Below are positions 1 through 10,202 of a stretch of 64,000 nucleotides of DNA, piece by piece. The DNA lies in NCBI RefSeq assembly GCF_006345805.1, contig NC_042999.1, positions 123,628,001-123,692,000 on the forward strand, given 5' to 3'. The DNA comes from Octopus sinensis (taxonomy: Eukaryota). Under the pieces are notes generated by a model, which did not search any database, was not told where the DNA came from, and worked only from the letters and a program-made list of their open reading frames with translations. The stretch's first letter is position 1. Each line of letters opens with the position of its first letter. A program made the position numbers and the translations under genes.

Positions 1-230
1 TTGATTTGATTTGATTTTCACTTGCCTCAACAGGTCTTCATATATATATATATATATATATAGTTTATGGTATTAGAAATAAGAGACACAGCTCAGCATT
101 TATAGAAAGTCAAGGGCATGAAGGCTTTCTGATCAACCACAATACCACAACGAAAGTGCCTTTTATGCGAGTCCACTTTATACAAGTCACAAATCACATA
201 GTGATTATCTATCACATAGTTATTATCTAG

Positions 231-260
231 CATCCTTATGTATTTTAATACATAAGGATG
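231..260. repeat. Perfect 14-bp inverted repeat with 2-nt spacer
   Basis: catccttatgtatt-tt-aatacataaggatg; preceded by an 18-bp tandem duplication at 193-228. Confidence 0.85.
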
Positions 261-857
261 ATAGCAACAAAGAGAGAGAGAGAGAGAGAGAGAAGTCTAT
301 AAAGAAAATAGGAGAGGGGAGGACAAACAGAGATAATGTGTGTATGCGAGTACATACGTGTGTGGTGTGTATACTATTATATTTATTCAAGCAAAGAGAG
401 AGTTACTACAAATGTTCAACATAGAAAAGATAGCGCATGTGTCACTGATAGTTATCTTACTAATTTGCATTACAATTTTTCAATAGGTGTCATTAAGTGC
501 TTTCCATGATATTTCACAGTCATCATTTAAGTTTATATCATGTAGAGTTTAGTCATTATCAAAGATTACATGGGGTGTCATACAAGTCAATATCATAAAT
601 TATGACATCTGCTGCAAAGCCATTTCATATAATTCACACCAGAATGGAAAATGGACATAAAATGGTGGTGGTGCTGGTATATGGTAGTTTAGGTTCAATG
701 TAACGACATGACAATCTGAACAACTGTTTTTTTACCATAGTATTGTGAGTGAAATCTAAACAAAAGAGCTGAAGTCCATATAAAGACATGTATACATACA
801 CATATATATATACGTATGTATATATGTGACCGCGTGTGTATCATTGGCAATTTTCTT

Positions 858-1026
858 TCTCCATCTTCCTTTCCTTGGATCTTTCCTTTCTTTATGTTTC
901 TGACAAAGAGCTCTGTTTGAAATGTTAAATCCTCCTTCTTTCTTTCCTTTCCTGAGCATCCAACAACACTATACTTGTTCCATGTTCTCGCGTTGTGTTT
1001 TCTCTTTGTTCCTGTTTGGATTTACT
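858..1026 (+). mobile_element. Penelope-type terminal-repeat remnant (family 1) with decayed hammerhead motif
   Basis: Aligns with copies at 8074, 28025, 41022 and 59905; motif degraded to gttt-ctgacaa-a-gagc-tct-gttt-gaa-atgt-t-aaat (896-930). Confidence 0.7.
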
Positions 1027-1044
1027 ATATATATAGTATCGCCT

Positions 1045-1247
1045 GACTGGCCCTCGTGCCAGTGGCACGTAAAAGCACCCACTACACTCTCGGAGTGGTT
1101 GGCGTTAAGAAGGGCATCCAGCTGTAGAAACTCTGCCCAGATCAGATTGGACTCTGGTGCAGCCATCTGGTTCGCCAGACCTCAGTCAAATTGTCCAACC
1201 CATGCTAGCAAGGAATGCAGATGTTAAACGATGATGATGATGATGAT
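1045..1247 (+). mobile_element. RTE LINE 3' tail fragment
   Basis: Matches the 3' end of the RTE at 12880-13066 (aagcacccactacactc..agggcatccagc..ccaacccatgctagc) and ends in (ATG)n. Confidence 0.85.
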
Positions 1248-1249
1248 AT

Positions 1250-2620
1250 ATATTCATCATAGTCCTCCAGGCAATAGCAGAGGAATTAAAGACAGGATGC
1301 CCCTGCAAGCTTCTCTATGCTGATGACCTTGCTCTAATTGCTGAGTCACTATCAGAACTAGAGAAGTTTCAGGTATGGAAATAAGGATTAGAATCGAAGG
1401 GCCTTAGAGTCAACCTAACAAAAACCAAAGTCTTAATAAGTAGGAAGGCAGGCAAAACACAAATCTCTTCAGGTAGATGGCCCTGCTCAATCTGTAGAAA
1501 AGGCATAGGTAGAAACTCCATAAGATGTACCCAGGATAAGCTATAGACACATATTAAAGGAAGGATAATTGGGAAGATAGTTTTTGTGTGTGCCAAATGC
1601 TCAGGAGCAATAAACACTGAAAATGTGCAGAGAACAGCTTCCACCACATTCCTGGGGGAAAAACTACACGAGGTTGATAGCTTCTGTTACCTAGAGTCAG
1701 TAGTAGGGGTGGATGCTCTGAAAGTGTAACAGCTAGAATAAGGATGGCCTGGGCAAAGTTCAGAGAGCTCCTACCTGTGCTGGTGACAAAAGGCCTCTCA
1801 CTCAGAATAAAAGGTAGACTGTATGATACATGTGTGCAAACAGCCATGCTACATGGCAGTGAAACATGGGATGAGACTGCTGAGGACATGCATAAGCTTG
1901 CAAGGAATGAAGCCAGTATGTTCTGTTGGAAGTGTAATGTCAGTGTGCATACATGAAAAAGTGTAATAAGCACCCTGAGAGAAAAGCTGGACTTAAGAAG
2001 CATCAGATGTGGTGTGCAAGAGAGTCAACTGCAATGGTATGGTCATGTGTTGTGAATGGATGAGGATAACTGTGTGAAAAAGTGTCACACCCCAGTGGTT
2101 GAGGGTACCTGTGGAAGAGGTAGACTCAGGAAGACCTGGAGTGGTGAAGTATGACCTTCGAACATTGGGCCTCACCGAGGCAATGACAAGTGACCGAGAC
2201 ATTTGGAGATAAGCTGTGCCTAAGAAGACCTGGCAAGCCAAGTGAGACCATAACCGTGGTCTATGTCACTGCCGTATAACCAGCCCATTTAAAAGCACTG
2301 TTCAATTATTGGACAATAAACTATGCTTGCGAAGACCTGTTGAGACAAGTGAAATCATTGTCATGGCCGATGACAGTACCACCTGATTGACACTCATGCC
2401 AGTGGAACATTAAAAGCACCATTTGAGTGTGATTGTTGCCAGGGCCTCTGACTGGCTCCCATGCCAGTGACATGTAAAAAGCACCATTCGAGCGTGATCA
2501 TTGCCAGTGCTGCCATATTGGCTCCTGTGCAGGTGGCACATAAAAAGCACCATTTCAGCATGGCAGATGCCAGTACCACCTAACTGGCCCTCGTGCTGGT
2601 GGTATGTAAAAGCACGTTCA
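1250..2620 (+). mobile_element. RTE-clade LINE, 5'-truncated and decayed
   Basis: Colinear with 11445-12900; YADD-encoding ctctatgctgatgac at about 1313; ORF 1744-1956 AWAKFRELLP..RLYDTCVQTAMLHGSETW; hairpin-motif 3' UTR. Confidence 0.9.
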
Positions 2621-2853
2621 CTGCTTCATCCACAGTTCACTGACGTCATCCACAGTGTTAATACAATTATTGCTGGATCTACACTGGGAATACTTCAGTG
2701 TATGTTGAGTATACAACAAATGATAAAGATGGAAAATGGAATATACAAGAAACATTATTGCTCACAAAGACCGTTTTCACATCCTGCATCGATCTGTATA
2801 TTTTGTGCATGTATATATATGTTTATATATATCATCATCATCATCATTGTTTA

Positions 2854-2911
<58 letters not shown>

Positions 2912-2942
<31 letters not shown>

Positions 2943-3115
2943 GTTTAACATCCGTTCTCCATGCTAGCATGGGTTGAACGGTTCGACCGGGGATCTGGGA
3001 AGCCAGAAGGCTGCACCAGGCTCTGGTCTTATCTGGCAATGTTTCTACAGCTGGATGCCCTTCCTAAAACCAACCACTCCGCGAGTGTAGTGGGTGCTTT
3101 TTACGTGCCACCTGC
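2912..3115 (-). mobile_element. RTE LINE 3' tail fragment
   Basis: Reverse complement of the RTE tail including the (CAT)n run. Confidence 0.85.
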
Positions 3116-3133
3116 ATACATATATATATATAT

Positions 3134-3414
3134 GTGGGAGGTAACAGCTGCTGACCGCTCTGCCTGGCGTCGGACAGTGAGGAAAGGTATTTCCATGGCT
3201 GAGGAAAGGAGAGCACAGCTGTGGTCAGACAGGCGGGACAGGAGGAGGACAACTGCAGCAACACCCCACACGTACCCATCGATGTTCGTGTGCAGCAACT
3301 GTACCAGGGACTGCCACTCTAGAATTGGACTGTTCGGTCACAGTAGATGCTGCTCATCATCAAAGTAGGCCCCACCCTTAGCGAGACCCATTGTCTATCA
3401 AGACAGACGGAAAA

Positions 3415-3417
<3 letters not shown>
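3134..3417 (+). mobile_element. 3' fragment of a second RTE-type LINE with C-terminal zinc-finger-like motif
   Basis: WEVTAADRSAWRRTVRKG..FVCSNCTRDCHSRIGLFGHSRCC followed by a short 3' UTR; bounded by (TA)n on both sides. Confidence 0.75.
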
Positions 3418-3458
<41 letters not shown>

Positions 3459-3484
3459 ATATTATATATATGTATATATGTATG

Positions 3485-3520
<36 letters not shown>

Positions 3521-3526
<6 letters not shown>

Positions 3527-3677
3527 GTAAGTAGCTTGCTAACCAACCACATGGTTCTGGGTTCGGTCCCACTGCATGGCATCTTTGGCAAGTGGCTTCT
3601 GCTATAGCCCCGGGCCTACCAATGCCTTGTGAGTGGATTTGGTAGACGGAAACTGAAAGAAGCCTGTCGTATATATG

Positions 3678-3708
<31 letters not shown>

Positions 3709-3918
3709 TTGTGTGTTTGTCGCCCTAGCATTGTGTGACAACCGATGCTGGTGTGTTTACGTCCCCGTCACTTAGCGGTTCGGCAAAAGAGACCGATAGA
3801 ATAAGTACTAGGTTTACAAAGAATAAGTCCCGGGGTCGATTTGCTCGGCTAAAGGCGGTGCTCCAGCATGGCCGCAGTCAAAATGACTGAAACAAGTAAA
3901 AGAGAAAAAAGAGAAAAG
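3521..3918 (+). mobile_element. tRNA-derived SINE, family A
   Basis: A-box-like gtgtggtaag, B-box-like ggttcggtccc, internal (TA)/(TG) tract; shared with 5782, 7116, 30578 and 48057. Confidence 0.85.
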
Positions 3919-3919
3919 A

Positions 3920-3961
3920 GATATATATATATGTGTATATATATATATATATGTATGTATG

Positions 3962-4032
<71 letters not shown>

Positions 4033-4033
4033 G

Positions 4034-4069
<36 letters not shown>

Positions 4070-4090
4070 ATGTATGTATATGTATGTATG

Positions 4091-4138
<48 letters not shown>

Positions 4139-4139
4139 G

Positions 4140-4199
<60 letters not shown>

Positions 4200-4250
4200 C
4201 GTATGTATGTATGTATATATATATGTATATAAATATATATATATATATAC
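3920..4250. repeat. Compound (TA)n/(TATG)n microsatellite
   Basis: Seen directly; source of several spurious Y/I/M/C ORFs. Confidence 0.95.
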
Positions 4251-4269
4251 ACAAACACTTTTATTTTTA

Positions 4270-4620
4270 ATACCACTTTTCCTGTCAATGTCTGTAATGA
4301 ATTTTGAAACACACTGTGAATAGACATCTCCTTATTTAACACTCTTTCTGACTGAAAAACTTATGGGCAGTGACGATAGAGCTATAGTACATCCTAAGTT
4401 CACTTCCTTGGTAAGTTTGAGTTTTTGTACCTCAACTTCTTGCATTTCCAGAGACTTAAGCACCTCATTCATTTTAGTGCTATCAAAAGCCTTTCCACAA
4501 TCTTTGGAGGCAAATACAAAGAGGCAGCTTCTACACTTTAACACAATATAAAAGCTTTGTTAGAGGGAATATCATACTGTACAACACAGCATCAGTCCTT
4601 ATATTAAACAGTATGTATTT
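4270..4620 (-). mobile_element. Decayed LINE reverse transcriptase fragment (RTE-like)
   Basis: ORF 4332-4544 CLFVFASKDCGKAFDS..SVK then stop and GD; resembles the D.EKAFDS and GV(R/K)QGD RT motifs. Confidence 0.6.
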
Positions 4621-4659
4621 TATATGAGATCTTATGAACACATAGTACATTAGTTTCAA

Positions 4660-5330
4660 ATTTTGGCACAAGGCCTGCAATTTCAATGGTGGGGATAAAT
4701 CAATTACTTAATCTAAGTCTTCAATTGGTACTAGTTTTATTGACCCAAAGGGATGAAAGGCAAAGATGATGTTGGTGTAATTTGAACTCAGAACTTAAAA
4801 ACATTATACACACACTTGCTTATGATAGGTTATACTGTATTATACACTCTTTGTCTTATATTAGCCTCAAATTTTGGTGCAAAGCCAGCAATTTTTGGGT
4901 GGGGCATGGCTTAAGTCGATTATACTGACCTCAGTCCTCAACTGGTACTTATTCTATCAACTCCAAAAGGATGAAGGGCAAAGTTGACCTTGGCAGAATT
5001 TGAACTCAGAACATAAAAACAGGCAAAATGCCATTAAGCATTTTGCCTATGGTGCTCACAATTCTACCAGCTTACTTATTTCTTTATTGCCCACAAGGGG
5101 CTAAACATAGAGGGGGCAAACAAGGACAGACAAAGGAATTAAGTCGATTATATCGACTCCACTGCGTAACTGGTACTTAATTTATTGACCCCGAAAGGAT
5201 GAAAGGCAAAGTCGACCTTGGCAGAATTTGAACTCAGAACATAATGGCAGACGAAATACCGCTAAGCATTTTGCCCGGCGTGCTAACGATTCTGCCAGTT
5301 TGCCGCCTTTCTACCAATTCTACCAGCTTA
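4660..5330 (-). mobile_element. Three tandem copies of tRNA-SINE family B
   Basis: gaaaggatgaaaggcaaagtcgacc..gaatttgaactcagaac recurs at about 4750, 4965 and 5195. Confidence 0.85.
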
Positions 5331-5781
5331 CTGCCTTACTCCTTATCTTATATTAGTCTACCTGAATACACACATAATAACATCATAATAAATACTCATC
5401 AGCTTATTTCGGTACACTATATAAAATTATTGCATGTAATGTTCCTCACCAACTTTTCAAATACACTTCTTCATTTTTTTCAGTATCCTTTACATGAGCT
5501 GTAATTTTTTTTTTTTTGATTTTGTTTAGATAACAGTTTACAATCTTTTATTTTAACATCTATAAAAAAATTAGTCTGAAAGAATCTTACATAATCATTT
5601 GGCTCTGATATGAACAGATATATTTATGTATACATACTCAGCCTGTGAATTTAACATTTTTATTTATATTTTGTGACAGGTAGTTATCTGAATGCATACT
5701 ATCAAGGTGATTCCATACATCTGTTCAGCTTGGCATGAATTTCTTTTTTCAAAATAGTAACTTTAACTTCAGTAGTTTTAG

Positions 5782-5938
5782 AGTGGATGTGTGGTAAGTA
5801 GCTTGTTTACTAACCACATGGTTCCGGGTTCAGTCTCACTGTGTGGCACTTTGGGCAAGTGTCTTCTACTATAGCCTCGGGCCGACCAAAGCCTTGTGAG
5901 TGGATTTGGTAGAGGGAAACTGAAAGAAGCCCGTCATA

Positions 5939-5971
<33 letters not shown>

Positions 5972-6187
5972 GCGTGTGTGTGTTTGTGTGTCTGTGTTTC
6001 TCCCCCTAGCATTGCTTGACAACCGATGCTGGTATGCTTATGTCCCCGTTACTTAGCGGTTCGGCAAAAGAGACCGATAGAATAAGTACTGGGCTTACAA
6101 GAGAATAAGTCCCGGGGTCGAGTTGCTCGATTAAAGGCGGTGCTCCAGCATGGCCGCAGTCAAATGACTGAAACAAGTAAAAGAGTA
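5782..6187 (+). mobile_element. tRNA-SINE family A
   Basis: High similarity to 3521-3918. Confidence 0.85.
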
Positions 6188-6407
6188 TATATCCATGAGT
6201 GTATATGTGTGTATGTGTGTGTGTAATGATGCATATATCATTATATATGTATTTCTCTCTTTATACATGTACTTATATATATGTATTTATATATATATTT
6301 CTCACTCTCTCTTTATATACATATATGTGTGTGTGCATGTGTGTGTATGTGTCTATGCATAGTATATCATTATATTATGTATGTATATTAATATACATAC
6401 ATATGTG

Positions 6408-6560
6408 TCATCATCATTTAACTTCCATTGTCCATGCTGGCATGGGTTAGACAGTTTGACTGGAACTAGTAAGCTGGGGAGCTGCACCAAACTCCAGTCT
6501 GATTTGGCATGGTTTCTACAGCTGATTGCCCTTACTAATGCCAACCACTTTACAGAGCAT
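6408..6560 (-). mobile_element. RTE LINE 3' tail, diverged
   Basis: catcatcatttaacttccattgtccatgctggcatgggtt..gcccttactaatgccaacc. Confidence 0.7.
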
Positions 6561-7115
6561 GCTTCATGATATTACATGGTGCTGCACAGTTGCTTTTACA
6601 TGGTGCCACATGAGTAGCTTTAAGATTTCAATCACGTGATTGTTTATTTTCACAATGACATTGGAAGGTAGATGTGAAAGAAAAAATATGGAGCTGACCA
6701 GTTTGAACATAAAACAGGTAGAATATTTAGGCCAGATATGGATGGTTTAAATGTTAAAGGGTTAAAGATTTGGGATCATATATTCCAGAAACAAATTATT
6801 TCACGTTCCCTTGAATGTTTCATCATCATCATCATCAATATCATCGTCATTTAACATCTGTTTTGCATTCTGGCATGGGTTAGATGGTTTGACAAGAGTT
6901 TGCAAGCCAGAATACTAGTTATTTATCATGCTTTCACTTTAGTGCTTATTCAATATAAACCTTGGTCTAGACACTCATGATAGGTCTGTAGGAAAAACTA
7001 TTTCTTTTGACATGCACACTGCTGGATTTGTCATTTAGGCTTTTTTCTAATGTTTATAGAAACTATTATAGCTTGGTGAAATTGGCTATCATTAGATACC
7101 TTCAATATATATATA

Positions 7116-7508
7116 AGCACAGGCATGGCAGTGTGGTAAGAAGCTTGTTTCCCAACCACATGATTCTGGGTTCAGTCCCACTGTGTGGCATTTTGGGCAA
7201 ATGTCTTCTATCATAGCCTCAGGCCAACCGAAGCCTTGTGAGTGGATATGGTAGATGGAAACTGAAAGAAGTCCATTGTACGTGTATGTGTGTGTGTGTG
7301 TCTATATGTCTGTGTTTGTCTCCCACTATTGCTTGATAACCAGTACTGGTATGTGTACATCCTGGAAATGTAGCAGTTCATCAAAAGTGAATGATAAAAT
7401 AAGTACCAGACTTTAAAAAAGTAAGTACTGGAGTCAATTCATTCAACTAAAAATTTCTGCCCCAGCATAGCCACAGTCTCATGACTAAAACAAATAAAAG
7501 ATAAAAGT
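7116..7508 (+). mobile_element. tRNA-SINE family A, older copy
   Basis: Aligns with 5782-6187 with CpG decay. Confidence 0.8.
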
Positions 7509-7987
7509 TATATATGAATATTTCATATACAACAATCTAAGTCTGCCTGGAGGTACTAAAAAGTTAACCTGCCACTTAAAGTGAAATAAACTTTGCCATC
7601 TCAGCACTACAGAATATATATTTGTAATTTAAATACTAATTGAACTGTGATACTTTTTATAAAAAATTTAGACATAATAGCTACCATTATGCTTCATGTC
7701 ATAGTTATTTTAAAATTTCCATATTTCTTTATATGAATAATCATTAAATATTTAAATAAATACATTTATGTCCAACTCTTTTATAAACATATTAGTAATG
7801 AAAATAAACCTTTAGCTACTTCTGTCTCTTAGCTACAAATCAAATAGCTTCATTTGGATAGCTTGATTTCAATTTTAAATTCATTTTACTATTTCAACTC
7901 GACCATACACTGAATAAAAAGCAAATGTTGCTAATCACCATGGCTACTGGTTCATACTCTCACACACTCCTACTCATTATATGTGTG

Positions 7988-8063
<76 letters not shown>

Positions 8064-8073
8064 ATATATATAT

Positions 8074-8226
8074 CCCTTCCTTGGATCTTTCCTATTCCTA
8101 TGTTTCTGATGAAGAGCTCCGCTCGAAACGTTAAATCCTCCTTCTTTCTTTCCTTTCCTGAGCATCCAATAACACTATACTTGTTCCACGTCCTCGCATT
8201 GTTGTGTTTCATGTTTGGATTAACTG
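8074..8226 (+). mobile_element. Penelope-type terminal-repeat remnant (family 1)
   Basis: Same repeat as 858, 28025, 41022 and 59905; lies within (TA)n; carries a hammerhead motif. Confidence 0.75.
8102..8136 (+). ncRNA. Minimal type I hammerhead ribozyme motif with canonical core
   Basis: Stem I GUUU/AAAU, core CUGAUGA, extra A, stem II GAGC-UCC-GCUC, GAA, palindromic stem III ACGU, cleavage-site U. Confidence 0.7.
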
Positions 8227-8489
8227 TATATATATATATACACATATATATATATATATATATTTATATATGTATGTATGTATACACACACACACACACA
8301 TACACACATATATGAAGATTTATTCACATTAAAAGCTTCTGTATTAAAAAGTTTTCTACCGCATATATAACAATGACCAACATGTGTTTCTACTGCGCCA
8401 ACTGTACATTGCTCTGTATATAATAAAGCACCTTAGTCACTGTAATTTCATCAAGGGTTCATCACTTATGACGTTTTCAAATTGAACTA

Positions 8490-8850
8490 ATTCAAACAAG
8501 TATGTATACACACACATATATATATACACACCTACACATATATGTATGTGTTATATATATATATATATATATATGGACATATTTATACACATGTATATAT
8601 ATATATATGTTTATATACACATATGTATATGCACATATATACACATATGTATATATATATATATATATATATATGCACATAGGTACACATATGTATATAT
8701 ATATATATGTACATATATATACATACATACATATATGCACATATATATATATACATACATATATGCACATATATATATACATACATAAATATATGCACAT
8801 ATATATATATATATATATATACAAACATACATACATGTATATATATATCA
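8490..8850. repeat. (TA)/(TACA)/(CA) compound microsatellite
   Basis: Seen directly. Confidence 0.95.
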
Positions 8851-9204
8851 TGAAAATAAGCAACAAGGATATCCAAGGTAGTGTAGTACAATTGTTTCAT
8901 GCTACTTCATTTTATTAAACACTGTAAGTATTACATCAGTTTTAAAATGTCGAGCAGTTTTCAGCCACATATAGAATTTTTTGATTAAATGGACAATGTA
9001 CATTTTTATACTTATTTCATTTGCCAACATTACAAAGAGGGTAGATATATAGACAGAGAGGTTAATTTCCTAGTTGCTTATTTTAATTATAATCACCCCA
9101 TTTGATTTATATGGATAATACCATACCAAATTCTGGTGCCTTTAACTTAAGTACCATATTCATCTGAATCTAAATTTTGTTGAACTTATATATATATATA
9201 TGTG

Positions 9205-9576
9205 GGCACGTAACAAACACCATCCAATCGTGGCCGTTCGCCAGACTCGACTGGCACCTGTGTCGGTGGCACATAAAAAACACCATCCGAGCGTGGCCGT
9301 CTGCCAGCCTCATCTGGCACCTGTGTCGGTGGCACATAAAAAACACCATCCGAGCGTGGCCGTTCGCCAGTCTCGTCTGGCACCTGTGTCAGTGGCACAT
9401 AAAATCACCCACTACACTTTCGGAGTGGTTGGCGTTAGGAAGGGCATCCAGCTGTAGAAACACTGCCAAATCTGACTGGCCTGGTGCAGCTTTCGGGCTC
9501 CCCAGACCCCAGTTGAACCGTCCAACCCATGCTAGCATGGAAAGCGGACGTTAAACGATGATGATGATGATGATGA
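9205..9576 (+). mobile_element. RTE 3' UTR and tail with three 63-bp tandem units
   Basis: caccatc recurs at 9218, 9281 and 9344; followed by the standard RTE tail and (ATG)n. Confidence 0.85.
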
Positions 9577-10150
9577 TATATATATATATACACGCACATA
9601 TATGTGTGTGAGTGTGTGTGTATATATATATATGTATGTATAGGTATAAGCCTGGTTGTGTGATTAAGAAGTTTCACAACCACATTGTTTTTGCTGTCTC
9701 ACTACATATCAGCTTGATCAAGTATCTTCAAGTATAGCTCTGTGAGTGGATTTGATAGATGGAAACTGAAAGATACCCAACACACACGTGCACACGCACA
9801 CATATATACACACACACACAAAGCAAATCAAAATAGGAAAGCTTATTCATGCTATTTAATTATGTCTCCTTACTGGTATTTCATCAACAACAATAAAAAT
9901 AATATCCATTATATGAAGAAAAACTTGTAAGTAGATTACATTATCATATCATCAGAGACTGCATAACAATAATGTAAACTTTAAGATATATATAATGGAT
10001 CCTGGTTAAGGTTATGACATCAGTGACTATAATTACGTTTCTAAGACCACAGAGGTTTATTTCTACACATTCATATCTGTATTTGGAAACCAGGCTGCTA
10101 ATTACCATCCCTCTATGTACATATACATACACACAGATACATATCCACAT

Positions 10151-10201
<51 letters not shown>

Positions 10202-10202
<1 letters not shown>

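Noticed and set aside
3868-4342. Y/I/M/C-rich ORFs here and at 8.5, 20.7, 26.8, 27.5 and 34 kb
   Set aside because: (TA)n, (TATG)n and (GATA)n translations
5680-5706. Plus-strand mini-exon GSYLNAYYQG (also candidates at 37355-37443 minus, 41629-41655 minus and 45837-45862 minus)
   Set aside because: Short open stretches with splice-like flanks are expected by chance in AT-rich DNA; no coherent gene model
9218-9410. CRISPR-like periodic array
   Set aside because: Units are homologous along their whole 63 bp with no unique spacers, they are part of the RTE 3' UTR, and there are no cas genes
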